Notes: generated from the sequence alone by a model not told the origin. 64,000 bases of DNA from Octopus sinensis (GCF_006345805.1 NC_043011.1:54014464-54078463); one strand, 5' to 3'. Positions 38,609 through 52,759 are shown, numbered from the stretch's first letter. Numbers and translations are program-made.

Positions 38609-38853
38609 GCTCTGCAACGATTTCATCTCAATCAAAGGAGAGGGGCTTTCTCCGTCCGGGTTGCGGATCTGTGGAATAAGCTGCCGGACGAGATAGTGAA
38701 GATGCCGACGACCGCTCGGTTCAAAGTCTCCCTTGACCACAAGTGGCCTGAACTCTTTACATGAACACCACCCTGTACATAAATCCATGTCCCCCTACAT
38801 GGCCTTGCTTTTTGCTTTTTGAGCCAAAAAATTAACTAACTAACTAACAAACA
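38609..38853 (+). mobile_element. CR1/L2-group LINE 3' end, CpG-rich
   Basis: ALQRFHLNQRRGAFSVRVADLWNKLPDEIVKMPTTARFKVSLDHKWPELFT*, 3' UTR, (TAAC)n tail. Confidence 0.78.
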
Positions 38854-38978
38854 AAGATTCAATGCCATCTGAAAAAATGGTTTGTAAGAGAGATTATGTA
38901 AGAAAGATAGAAGAGCAGTTGAGGGATGATAAAGAATCTGTTACCATGGTAACCAGAATTGCAAAGAAGACAGCTTAC

Positions 38979-39539
38979 CAACATTGTCTGTGTGTTGCGG
39001 AGACAAGCCATCATGGCCCAGCGAATTCTCTTGATCGATTTCAGCTTTAGATTCAGGTGTGCTTGGCGTGGGAATACCAAGGACCCCAGGTGCAATATTC
39101 CTGATGCTTGTTCTAAATGTGGTGGTGGTGGTGGTAGCGGTACTAGTGGAAGCAGTAGTCGTCGTTGTAGTAGTAGTAGTAGTAGTAGTGGTGGTAGTAG
39201 CTGCTGCTGTTGATGATGCTGTTGATGAAATTGGCGCCGATGTCCTCCATTTGTTATGGACAGGTCTCGTTGTTAGTATTGCCTTCATTTTGTGCAATGT
39301 CCCGCTGCTGTTGAATTGTCTCCCTGAACCCCTGTCTCTGCTGCTGCTGCTGCCTTCTCCGCTGCTGCTGTCGTACTGGTCTTTTATTCCCAGGTGAACT
39401 GGTTCCTGGTGCTGGTGGGGATGTTGGTGAAGAGGGTGATGATGGTGAAGAGGGTGATGATGGGATTGCCAGGTCTGTGAGTTAATGTGGCTTTCTGTAA
39501 ACTTTCTAATCAGTTCGTTCTTGAGAATACGTTTCGGTG
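38979..39539 (-). CDS. EVA1C: EVA-1-like exon: His-rich/Ser-Thr-rich extracellular stalk, phase 1-1
   Basis: atctag| (A)PKRILKNELIRKFTESHINSQTWQSHHHPLHHHHPLHQHPHQHQ...TTTTTTT...GHDGLSPQHTDNV |gtaagc. Open for 561 nt; APKRILK parallels the post-SUEL VPKNIL of EVA1C. Confidence 0.88.
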
Positions 39540-39569
39540 CTAGATTGGAATAAATAAATCATATATATA

Positions 39570-39616
<47 letters not shown>

Positions 39617-39692
39617 TATATATACACACACACACACATTATATATATATACATATATATAATACACACAACATACATATATATATTATATA

Positions 39693-39753
<61 letters not shown>

Positions 39754-40084
39754 ATATATGTATATATATATACATATTATTATATACATACATACATATA
39801 TATATATGAAATAAAAACTTCGTAAACAATGCAGTTAGGAAAAGGTCATGTTACAAAAGGAATTGATCTAAATCATGGAACATCTTGCAGATATTCTAGT
39901 TGGAATCTGCACCAAATACACAGTAAAAAGGAAAGAAAAAAGCAACAAACAGCAAAAAGAGCCCATGATAGAGAGAGAGGAGGGAGAGAGGGAGGGAGAG
40001 AGAAAGAGAGAGAGAGAGGGGCGAGGATAAGAGGGGGAGAGCAAGAGAAAGAAAAACAAGTAGATAGTAACATTGATATATATA

Positions 40085-40745
40085 TATGTGTGTGGGTATG
40101 TATGTGTGTATGTATGTATGTATGTATGCATGTATGTATGTATGTATGTATGTATGTGTGTATGTGTGTATGCATGTATGTATGTATGTATGTATGTATG
40201 TATGTGTGTATGTGTGTATGTATGTATGCGTGTGGGTATGTATGTATGTATGTATGTATGTATGTATGTATGTATGTGTGTATGTGTGTATGCGTGTATG
40301 TATGTATGTATGTATGTATGCATGTATGTATGTATGTATGAATGCATGTATGTATGTATGTATGTATGTATGTATGTATGTATGTATGTATGTATGTATG
40401 TATGTATGCATGTGTGTATGTGTGTATGCGTGTATGTATGTATGTATGTATGTATGCATGTATGTATGTATGTATGAATGCATGTATGTATGTATGTATG
40501 TATGTATGTATGTATGTATGTATGTATGCATGTGTGTATGTGTGTATGCGTGTATGTATGTATGTATGTATGTATGCATGTATGTATGTATGTATGAATG
40601 CATGTATGTATGTATGTATGTATGTATGTATGTATGTATGTATGCATGTATGTATGTATGTATGAATGCATGTAGTATGTATGTATGTATGTATGTATGT
40701 ATGTATGTATGTATGCATGTATGTATGTGTGTGAGTGTGTGTGTG
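40085..40745. repeat. (TATG)n/(TG)n compound microsatellite
   Basis: Direct inspection. Confidence 0.95.
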
Positions 40746-41007
40746 TATGAGTTCTGGAAGCGATGTGTGTTTCACCTACACATAACGAGAAAGCTTTTCA
40801 TACACCTGACCCCAGCAGACCAAGCTACATCTATTCTTCAGATTTCCTCTTCCATGCACAATGCTTACCTCTCACTCCTCAATCCTGTATCATTGCTATC
40901 CAGTAGCCGCCACCCCTTTTGTACACCCAGGTTTTCACCACTCACTTCATTCTCCTTTCCCCACTCTCTACTCACACTTCTTTGGTATTGTCCTGCCTCA
41001 CATACTC

Positions 41008-41428
41008 TCTTTACTCTTTTACTTGTTTCAGTCATTTGACTGTGGCCATGCCGGAGCACCGCCTTTAGTCGAGTAAATCAACCCCAGGATTTATTCTTTG
41101 TAAGCCTAGTACTTATTCTATCGGTCTCTTTTGCTGAACTGCTAAGTTACGGGGATGTAAACACACCAGCATCGGTTGTCAAGCGATATTGGGGGGACAA
41201 ACACAGACACAAACTCACACACACATACACACACACACACACATTTATATATATATATATATATATATATACATTTATACAACAGGCTTCTTTCAGTTTC
41301 CGTCTACCAAATCCATTCACAAGGTTTTGGTCAGCCCGAGGCTGTAGTAGAAGACACTTGCCTAAGGTGCCACGCAGTGGGACTGAACCTGGAACCATGT
41401 GGTTGTTAAACAAGCTACTTACCACACA
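41008..41428 (-). mobile_element. SINE family A, head truncated by a foldback element
   Basis: Tail CTCTTTTACTCTTTTAC through body to GCTACTTACCACACA. Confidence 0.8.
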
Positions 41429-41652
41429 CTTAAGTTTCACGTCCATAAAGGGCTTAGCTTTATGGTGTATCATCAGATCCCAAAACCTGTTGGCTAAAGG
41501 TGTCTCTAGTAAGTAGCCTCCCTAGAGTATGGAAGAGGAAAGGGCCCCATTACTCAAGAGAGGCCACTTGCTAGACAGAGATTTTAGCCAATAGGTCTGG
41601 GGATCTGATGATATGCCAAAAAACTAAGCCCTCTATGGACGTGAAACCTAAG
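41429..41652. mobile_element. Foldback MITE with about 95-bp imperfect inverted arms
   Basis: CTTAAGTTTCACGTCCATAAAGGGCTTAG...CTAAGCCCTCTATGGACGTGAAACCTAAG. Confidence 0.7.
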
Positions 41653-42324
41653 GTAATCCCATAAACCAGCCTTATCTATCTTTAATATATACAGCTCTAT
41701 AACTTAGAGTGTGCTTCTTTTTTCAGATTTATGTTTACAATCAATACACATACACACACACACCACACACACACAGACACATACACACACACACACAGAC
41801 ACACACGCACACACTGACACACACACACACATACATACATATAGACACACACATGTGCACACACATACATGTGCACACACACACACATGTGCACACACAC
41901 ACATAAACCATAAATTAAATAGAGAGATACAATTGACAATCCAGTAATCTATTTATGTTATAATATAACATAATATACTATGAATATAAAATAATATAAT
42001 ATAAAATAACATAAAGAAATCATTAAAAAACCAAGAAAGCCAACAATTTGTTTCGATTTATATACATTATTTGATTTATAAACAATTCATATCCACTTAT
42101 ATAAAGTTTCTTCAGAGCTTTGGTTTATAAACAGATGAAATTCCACGTGAAAGGACGGCTGGACTGTAAAAAATTTATTCAAATGCCTATGTATTATGAG
42201 CGTGTGTGTTAACTTTTCAACTATATAACAATTAAAATTAAAAAGCAACAAAATTATAACGAACAAAATAATTAAGTAAATAGAATCTACAACTATTGAA
42301 ATATAGTTCTATATAGGAGTAGAG

Positions 42325-42485
42325 GCGTAGGAGTTGGTGTGTGGTAAGTAGCTTGCTCACCAACCACATGGTTCTGGGTTCAGTCCCAATGCATGGCACC
42401 ATGGGCAAGTGTCTTCCACTATAGCCTCGGGCCAACCAAATCCTTGTCAGTGGATTTGGTAGACGGAAACTGAAAGAAGCCCATC

Positions 42486-42523
<38 letters not shown>

Positions 42524-42735
42524 GAGTGTGTGTGTGTGTGTGTCTGTGTTTGTCCCCCTAAACTTGCTTGACAACCGATGCTGGTGTGTTTACATCCCTG
42601 TAACTTAACGGTTAGGCAAAAAGAGACCGATAGAATAAGTACTAGGTGTACAAAGAATAAGTCCTGGGGTCGATTTGCTCGACTAAAGGCATTGCTCCAG
42701 CATGGCCGCAGTCAAATGACTGAAACAAGTAAAAA
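42325..42735 (+). mobile_element. SINE family A, near full length
   Basis: Same head, body and tail as 5784-6197. Confidence 0.8.
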
Positions 42736-43043
42736 TAAAAAAGATAATTATACTGGTAATATATAAGAACTCTTCCTTTTACTTAATTATTTTGTGTGTT
42801 ATGATATAAATAAATTATTGGATTGTCTGTCAATTGTATCTTTATATTCAATTTATTGTTTGTAATTTATTTATGTGATATTCAACAGACGTACCAGTGA
42901 ATTGGATGTTTTACACAACCCTTTGAAGGAATTTCTTTCCTTAATTTGTTACTTTATATATATAGTGGTGTGTGTGTGTGTGTGTCAGTGTCTGTGTGTG
43001 TGTCTGTGTGTGTGTCTGTGTCTGTGTGTGTATATTTATATAT

Positions 43044-43076
<33 letters not shown>

Positions 43077-43339
43077 TACATACACATACATAGATGCATG
43101 CATATATGCATATGTACATGCATACATGCATACATATATACATACAGTCATACATACATATTATGCATACATAGATGCATGTATTATCATCATCATCATC
43201 ATCGTTTAACGTCCGCTTTCCATGCTAGCATGGGTTGGACGGTTCAACTGGGGTCTGGCAAGCCCGAAGGCTGCACCAGGCCAGTCAGATCTGGCAGTGT
43301 TTCTACAGCTGGATGCCCTTCCTAACGCCAACCACTGTA

Positions 43340-43725
43340 TATCTGATAAAACTAATGTAGCTCCTCCCATAGATTTATTGTTGCCTCTGATCTCCTGTAA
43401 GGTCTTACCAAGAGCTTCCATCGCACTTCTATGTGACAAGGTGCATTCATCCCAAATGATAAGGTGGCATTGGCACAACACTTCTGCTGAACCTGAATCT
43501 TTGCTTATGTTACAAACTGGACTGTCACTTGTGATCAGGTTTAGTGGTAATTTAAAAGCAGAACAAGCTGTTCGTCCTCCTGGGAGAATGGTGGCAGCAA
43601 AGCAACTGCAATTCTTTTTTGTTGCCTTGCCTTGGGAAGAAGCAATGTTGTTACAAATGTTTTACCTGTGCCACCTGGAACATCAAGAAAGAAAGCTCCA
43701 CTTTTTTCTGGTGGTAGTGGAATGC
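43340..43725 (-). pseudogene. Helitron PIF1-helicase fragment
   Basis: FFLDVPGGTGKTFVTTLLL (Walker A)...GGRTACSAFKLPL...CHLIIWDECTLSHRSAMEAL...GG; frameshifted. Confidence 0.82.
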
Positions 43726-43751
43726 TACAGGCATGCGTGTGCATGCCCACA

Positions 43752-43823
43752 TGCATGCACACACACACACACACACACAAACACACAAACACACACACAC
43801 ACACACACCACACACAACACACA

Positions 43824-43861
<38 letters not shown>

Positions 43862-44064
43862 ACACAAAAACACACACCACACACACACACACAACCAAAC
43901 CACACACAAACACACACACAAACACACAACACACACACACACACACACACAAACACACACCACAAACAACACCCACAACACACACACAACACACACACAA
44001 ACACACAAACACACACACACACAAACACACAAACACACACACACACACACACACAAACAACACA

Positions 44065-44105
<41 letters not shown>

Positions 44106-44291
44106 ACACACACACAAACACACAACCACACACACACACCACCCACACAAAACACAACAACCACAAACACACACACAACACACACACCACACACACACAA
44201 CACACAACACACACACACACAAACACACAAACACACACACACACACAGAAACACACACACACACACACCACACCACACAAAACACACACAA

Positions 44292-44323
<32 letters not shown>

Positions 44324-44621
44324 AACACACAACCACACACACACAAAACACACACACAAACACACAACACAACACACACACACACAAACACACACACAAA
44401 CACACACACACAAACACACACACACAAACACACACACACAACACACCAACACACACAAACACACAAACACACACACACACCACACACACAACACACAAAC
44501 ACATACACACACACACAACACACACAAACACACACACAAAACACAACACACAACACACAACACAACACACACACACACACACACAACACACACACACACA
44601 CAAAAACACCACACACAAACC

Positions 44622-44662
<41 letters not shown>

Positions 44663-44890
44663 CAAACACACAAACACCACACACCACACACACACAAACA
44701 CACAAACCCACCACACAACACACACACAAACACACACACACAAACACACACACAAACACACAAACACACACACACACACACAACACAACACACCACACAC
44801 AAACACACAACCCAAACACACACACACACACACACAACACCACAAACACACACCACACCAAACACACAACACACACACCACACCCACAGA

Positions 44891-44921
<31 letters not shown>

Positions 44922-45307
44922 AACACACACACAAACAACACACACAACCACACAAACACACACACAACACCAAACACACACACACAAACACCACACACCA
45001 ACACACACACACAAACACACACACACAACACACACACAAACAACACAACACACAACAAACACACACACAACCAACACACACCACAAACACAACACACACA
45101 ACAAACACACAACACAACACACACACACAACGAAACACAGAAACACTCACACAGACACACACACACACACACACACCCAAACAACCACACACACACACAA
45201 ACACACAAACACACACCACAAACACACACAAACACACACAAACACACAAACACACACACACACACAACACAAACACAACACAACACACACACACACACAC
45301 ACACAAC

Positions 45308-45339
<32 letters not shown>

Positions 45340-45625
45340 CAACACACACAACACACACACACACACACACACACACACCAACACACAACACACACACACA
45401 CACACAAACACCATACAACAAACACCACAATACACACACACAAACACACACACACACAAACACACACCACACACACAAACACACACACACCAAACACAAC
45501 ACAACACACAAACACAACACACACAAACACACACACACAACCAACACAACACACAAACACCACACAAACACACCACACACACAAACACACACACAAACAC
45601 ACACAACACACACACACAACACACA

Positions 45626-45657
<32 letters not shown>

Positions 45658-46644
45658 AACCACACACACACACGCACACAAAACACACACACACACAAAC
45701 ACACACACAAACACACACACACACACACAACACAACACACAAACACACACAACACACAACACACACACACACCAACACACAACCACACAAACACCAAACA
45801 CACACCCACACACACAAACACACACACACACACACACAAACCACACACCACAAACACACAAACACACACACACACACACAAACACACATACCACACAACA
45901 CACAAACACACACCAACACACACAACACCACAAACACACACAAACACAACAACACACACACACACACACACACACAAAAACACACACAACCAACACACAC
46001 ACACAACACACAACACACAAACACACACACACAACACACACACACACAAACACCAAACACACAAACCAACCACAAACACACACACACCACAACACACAAA
46101 CACACACACACACACACACACAAACCACACACACACAAACACCAAACAACAACACACAACACACACAAACCAACACACAACACACACAAATACACACAAC
46201 ACACACACACACAAAACACACAAACACACCACACACACACACACAACACACACACACCACACAACCACACACACACAAACACACACACAACACCACACAC
46301 ACACCAACACACACACACAAACACACACACACACACACACAACACACACACACACACAAACACACACACAACACAACCACAACACACACACAACACACAC
46401 ACACAACACAACAAACCCCACACACAACACACACACCACACAAACACACACACAACACACACACAAACACACAAACACACACACACACCACACACACAAA
46501 CCACACACACAAACACACACCAAACAACACACAACCACCACACACACACAACACACAAACACACACACACACAACACACAACACACACACACACACAGAA
46601 ACACACACACACAAACACACACACACACAACACAACACACAAAC

Positions 46645-46675
<31 letters not shown>

Positions 46676-46916
46676 AACACACAAACCACACACACAAACA
46701 CACACACAAACACACACACACACAAACACACACACACAAACACCACACAAACACACCACACAAACACACACACACAACACACCACACAAACACACACCAC
46801 ACAAACACACACACACACACACCACACAGAAACACAGAAACCTCACACAGACACACACCACACAAACACACACCAACACACACACACACCACAAACCCAA
46901 ACACCACACACAAACC

Positions 46917-46957
<41 letters not shown>

Positions 46958-47185
46958 CAAACACACAAACACCACACACCACACACACACAAACACACAA
47001 ACCCACCACACAACACACACACAAACACACACACACAAACACACACACAAACACACAAACACACACACACACACACAACACAACACACCACACACAAACA
47101 CACAACCCAAACACACACACACACACACACAACACCACAAACACACACCACACCAAACACACAACACACACACCACACCCACAGA

Positions 47186-47216
<31 letters not shown>

Positions 47217-47602
47217 AACACACACACAAACAACACACACAACCACACAAACACACACACAACACCAAACACACACACACAAACACCACACACCAACACA
47301 CACACACAAACACACACACACAACACACACACAAACAACACAACACACAACAAACACACACACAACCAACACACACCACAAACACAACACACACAACAAA
47401 CACACAACACAACACACACACACAACGAAACACAGAAACACTCACACAGACACACACACACACACACACACCCAAACAACCACACACACACACAAACACA
47501 CAAACACACACCACAAACACACACAAACACACACAAACACACAAACACACACACACACACAACACAAACACAACACAACACACACACACACACACACACA
47601 AC

Positions 47603-47634
<32 letters not shown>

Positions 47635-47920
47635 CAACACACACAACACACACACACACACACACACACACACCAACACACAACACACACACACACACAC
47701 AAACACCATACAACAAACACCACAATACACACACACAAACACACACACACACAAACACACACCACACACACAAACACACACACACCAAACACAACACAAC
47801 ACACAAACACAACACACACAAACACACACACACAACCAACACAACACACAAACACCACACAAACACACCACACACACAAACACACACACAAACACACACA
47901 ACACACACACACAACACACA

Positions 47921-47952
<32 letters not shown>

Positions 47953-48565
47953 AACCACACACACACACGCACACAAAACACACACACACACAAACACACA
48001 CACAAACACACACACACACACACAACACAACACACAAACACACACAACACACAACACACACACACACCAACACACAACCACACAAACACCAAACACACAC
48101 CCACACACACAAACACACACACACACACACACAAACCACACACCACAAACACACAAACACACACACACACACACAAACACACATACCACACAACACACAA
48201 ACACACACCAACACACACAACACCACAAACACACACAAACACAACAACACACACACACACACACACACACAAAAACACACACAACCAACACACACACACA
48301 ACACACAACACACAAACACACACACACAACACACACACACACAAACACCAAACACACAAACCAACCACAAACACACACACACCACAACACACAAACACAC
48401 ACACACACACACACACAAACCACACACACACAAACACCAAACAACAACACACAACACACACAAACCAACACACAACACACACAAATACACACACAAACAC
48501 ACACAAACACACAAACACACACACACACACACACACAAACACACAAACACTCACACACACACATA
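43752..48565. repeat. 4.8-kb degenerate (CA)n block with internal duplication
   Basis: Almost only A and C; rare landmarks recur at a 2295-bp offset. Confidence 0.9.
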
Positions 48566-48591
48566 CTGTATCAAACATCAGATGAAATGGA

Positions 48592-48635
<44 letters not shown>

Positions 48636-48780
48636 TGTGAGTGAAGGGGTGTGTTGTCATGTATACATACATAAATAAGTAAGCATGCACCTTTTTGCAT
48701 GTATGTGTGCACACGTGCACATGTGTGTGTGTGAGAGAGACATCACTCTCTCTCTCTCTGTGTCTCTCACACACACACAA

Positions 48781-49140
48781 GCACACATGGTTCCGGGTTC
48801 AGTCCCACTGCGTGGCACCTTGGGCAAGTGTCTTCTGCTATAGCCTCGGGCCGACCAAAGCCTTGTGAGTGGATTTGGTAGACGGAAACTGAAAGAAGCT
48901 TGTCGTATATATGTATATATATGTATATATGTGTGTGCATGTATGTTTGTGTTTGTCCCCCTAGCATTGCTTGACAACCGATGCTGGTGTGTTTATGTCC
49001 CCGTCACTTAGCGGTTCGGCAAAAGAGACCGATAGAATAAGTACTGGGCTTACAAAGAATAAGTCCCGGGGTCGAGTTGCTCGATTAAAGGCGGTGCTCC
49101 AGCATGGCCACAGTCAAATAACTGAAACAAGTAAAAGAGT
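48781..49140 (+). mobile_element. SINE family A, 5' truncated
   Basis: CACATGGTTCCGGGTTCAGTCCC...GTAAAAGAGT. Confidence 0.8.
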
Positions 49141-49528
49141 AATGTATGTATACATGACAACACACATCTTCACTCACACTCTCTCACACACACACACATA
49201 CATAAATGTATACAAACATACATACAAAAACACACCTGTGCCTGTGGGTGACTGATTGCAAATACATAGAGCTGAACACAGTGTACAAAAAGTAAATAAA
49301 TAAAAAAAGTTTTACAGAAATTAACAAAGTTTGCAGGTACAAGCAAAAGAAAGCCCATATTTTTTTGGATGCCCCATGCTGAATTGCAAAATTTTTATGT
49401 GATATTTGTGTTATAACGCAATCAAATCTGGAGCGTGTGTGTGTATGAGAGAGAGAGAGAGAGAGAGGGGAGAGAGAACATTGCAAACAACAAATGAAAT
49501 AACATGAAATGAAAAAACTATAAATATA

Positions 49529-49695
49529 AGGAGTGGCTGTGTGGTAAGTAGCTTGCTAACCAACCACATGGTTCCGGGTTCAGTCCCACTGCGTGGCACC
49601 TTGGGCAAGTGTCTTCTGCTATAGCCCTGCTATAGCCCAATGCCTTGTGAGTGGATTTGGTAGACGGAAACTGAAAGAAGCCTGTCGTATATATG

Positions 49696-49726
<31 letters not shown>

Positions 49727-49925
49727 TTGTGTGTCTGTGTTTGTCCCCCTAGCATTGCTTGACAACAGATGTTGGTGTGTTTACGTCCTCATCACTTAGC
49801 GGTTCGGCAAAAGAGACCGATAGAATAAGTACTGGGCTTACAAAGAATAAGTCCTGGGGTTGATAAAGGCAGTTCTCCAGCATGGCCGCAGTCAAATGAC
49901 TGAAACAAGTAAAAGAGTAAAAGAG
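49529..49925 (+). mobile_element. SINE family A
   Basis: GGAGTGGCTGTGTGGTAAG...GTAAAAGAGTAAAAGAG. Confidence 0.8.
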
Positions 49926-50976
49926 TGAAGAGTATAAAGCATGTTAAAAACTATCTTGTACCGAATATTTAAATCAGAGAACTTGGTAAATATCTCTTTC
50001 AGTAGTATATTGTATTTGTTTACAAATAGTGAATTAAAACTTGAAATGAAAACATTAAAATAGGGAGAGAGAGATTTCACAAATCAAAACGGAAAATTTC
50101 GCTGTTGCTATGTCAATACAGGAAGTTGACATTGAGAAACATTTTTAAAAAAGTGAATCATAAATATAAAGCAATATTATTTATTTTTGATTAAAAACTT
50201 AAATAATGCATCTCAAGTATGGAAGCAATTCATGCAGTCGTTTTCACATGAGAAGTGAACACACACACATACACAGGTCTATTTTATCACAATTTGATGT
50301 TTTATGAATTTTTTCTACTGCAGAGAATGGAAAAAAACCTAATTAATTTAATTTAATTTAATTATTATTTTAATTACTTTAATTTTTTCCATGTTTTCTT
50401 GCATGTCAGTATTATCCTTCAAAATGATCATATGGATTAAAAATTTATAAAAACTTCTAACATCTTCTCTTCTTCCTTTTTTAACTGTTAGTTGGGTTTA
50501 TATAGGATTTTATCCTATAATACTCATAACACATTTTTAATTATGTCCTCCTCCTCCTCATCATCATCATTTAACGTCCAATTTCCATGCTGGCATGGGT
50601 TGGACGATTTGACTGAGGTCTGGCGAACAAGACTCCAATCTGATCTGGCAGAGTTTCTACGCTGGATGCCCTTCCTAACGCCAGCCACTCCGAGAGTGTA
50701 GTGGGTGCTTTTATGTGCCACCGGCACGAGGGCCAGTTTGGTGGTACTGGCAACGGCCACGTCCAAATGGTGCTTTTTACGTGCCACCTGCACAGAATGA
50801 GAATGAGAAGTGTTCTATTGTTCTCTCTCTCTCTATATATATGTATATAGGTGGAAAAAAGAGTACTCAAATACCAGTGGTAGAGTAATATGCTTTATTT
50901 TAAGCAGCAGAAAATTCAACAAAATCTGTTACTTTGAGTTTCTCGTTGCCGTTCATCAGACAGTTTCTAGCAAAAA

Positions 50977-51014
50977 CTGTCTGATGAACGGCAACGAGAA
51001 ACTCAGAGTAACAG
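50977..51014 (+). ncRNA. Minimal type I hammerhead motif (family 2), right arm of palindrome
   Basis: CTGT CTGATGA ACG gcaa CGA GAA ACTC a GAGT A ACAG: stem I CTGT/ACAG, GNRA-capped short stem II, near-palindromic stem III. The mirror copy is on the minus strand at 50926-50963. Confidence 0.62.
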
Positions 51015-51049
51015 ATTTTGTCGAATTTTCTGCTGCTTAAAATAAATTA

Positions 51050-51092
<43 letters not shown>

Positions 51093-51449
51093 AGACTGAT
51101 GAAATGCCACTAATCATTTTGCTTGGCATGCTAATGATTCTGCAAGCTCAATGCTTCAAAAGAAGTCTATAAATGATTGGTATTGTTATTGATCATTCAT
51201 TTATATGTTAATTACTTTTATTTCAATTAATTAAAAAAAATGTAATAATTTACAAAAAAAAGACTAAAAAATAGAATTAAGTGAAGTTCAATATGAGTTA
51301 TGTACTGTTTATAAAAAATTTTATTGTGCTATATTTAGTTTTATTTTATTCAATTTTATTATTTATTTTATTTTATTTCGTTTATTTTTTTTCTTAGCAG
51401 TGTTTTAACGACATGGTGCGAAGTGAGAACCCTTTAATTTATAGTCTTC

Positions 51450-51661
51450 TTTTATGTATGTATGTATGTATGTATGTACGTATGTATGTATGTATGTATG
51501 TATGTATGTATGTATGTATGTATGTTGCATGTATGTATGTATGTATGTATGTACGTATGTATGTATGTATGTATGTGTGTGTGTATGTATGTGTGTATGT
51601 ATGTGTGTATGTATGTGTGTGTGTATGTATGTATGTATGTATGTATGTATGCATGTGTGTA

Positions 51662-51692
<31 letters not shown>

Positions 51693-52470
51693 GTGTGTGT
51701 ATGTATGTATGTATGTATGTATGTGTGTGTGTGTGTATGTATGTATGTGTGAATGTATGCATGTGTGTGTACGTGTATGAATGTATTTACTTACGTGTGT
51801 ATGGATTGATTGATGGATGGATGTATTTATGTATGAATGTATGTATGTATTTATGTATATATGTATGTATATATATGTATTCCTGTATGTATGCATGTGT
51901 GTATGTATATGTGTGTGTATGGATAAATGGATGTATTTATGTATTTATGTATGTATGCTGTATGTATGTGTAGGTATGTATGAATGTATGTATATATGTA
52001 TGTATACATGTATGTGTATATGTTTGTATGTATGGATATATGCACATATATATGTATATAATTGTGTATGAATGTAAGCATGTATGTATGTTTTTTTGCA
52101 TGTGTTGTATGTATGGATGTATCCGTATATCTATGCATGCATATATGTTTCTATGTATGTGTGTGTATGTATGCATGCATGCAAGCATGTATGTATGTAT
52201 GTATGTATGCATGGATGTATGTATGTGTGTATGTATGTGTGTATGTATGTATGTATATATGTATGTGTGTGTGTGTGCATGTATATATGTATGTATGTAT
52301 GTAAGCATGAATATGTTTGTATGTATGTGTGTATGTATGTATGTATATATGTATGTGTGTGTGTATGTATATATATGTATGTGTGTGTGTGTGTATGTAT
52401 ATATGTATGTATGTGTGTATATACATATGTGTGTATGTGTGTGTTTGTATGTCTGTATGTATGCTTGCAT
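51450..52470. repeat. (TATG)n/(TG)n compound microsatellite
   Basis: Direct inspection; similar tracts at 53080-53190 and 53485-53870. Confidence 0.95.
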
Positions 52471-52473
52471 GTG

Positions 52474-52680
52474 TACGAGGAGGTATCCAAAAGAAACCGG
52501 AAACTTTCCCTTTGGGGGACAACTCCATTATAGTTCAGTCTTCCACCACTAGAGGTCACTTGATGTAACACTCAGGTATCAGTCTGCTGACCAGTGTTGT
52601 CAACTAGAGTCATACTGCCACATGGTGTGTCTTTGTTTTGCAGTGCTTCCCGTCTCTTCATTGATTTCTGCAATGGCTGG
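52474..52680 (+). mobile_element. mariner-like 5' terminal fragment
   Basis: TA-CGAGGAGGTATCCAAAAGAAACCGGAA resembles mariner TIRs; a related end is at about 17670-17700. Confidence 0.45.
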
Positions 52681-52759
52681 GGAGGGAGCCGGTGTGGGTG
52701 TATGTATATCTCTATTTTTTAATTATTATAAATATTCTACTGAGGAGGGAACTGGTTTC

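Noticed and set aside
43222-48644. 1000-1800 aa His/Thr or Cys/Val ORFs
   Set aside because: They are translations of the degenerate (CA)n/(TG)n block, which lacks stops in all frames by composition.
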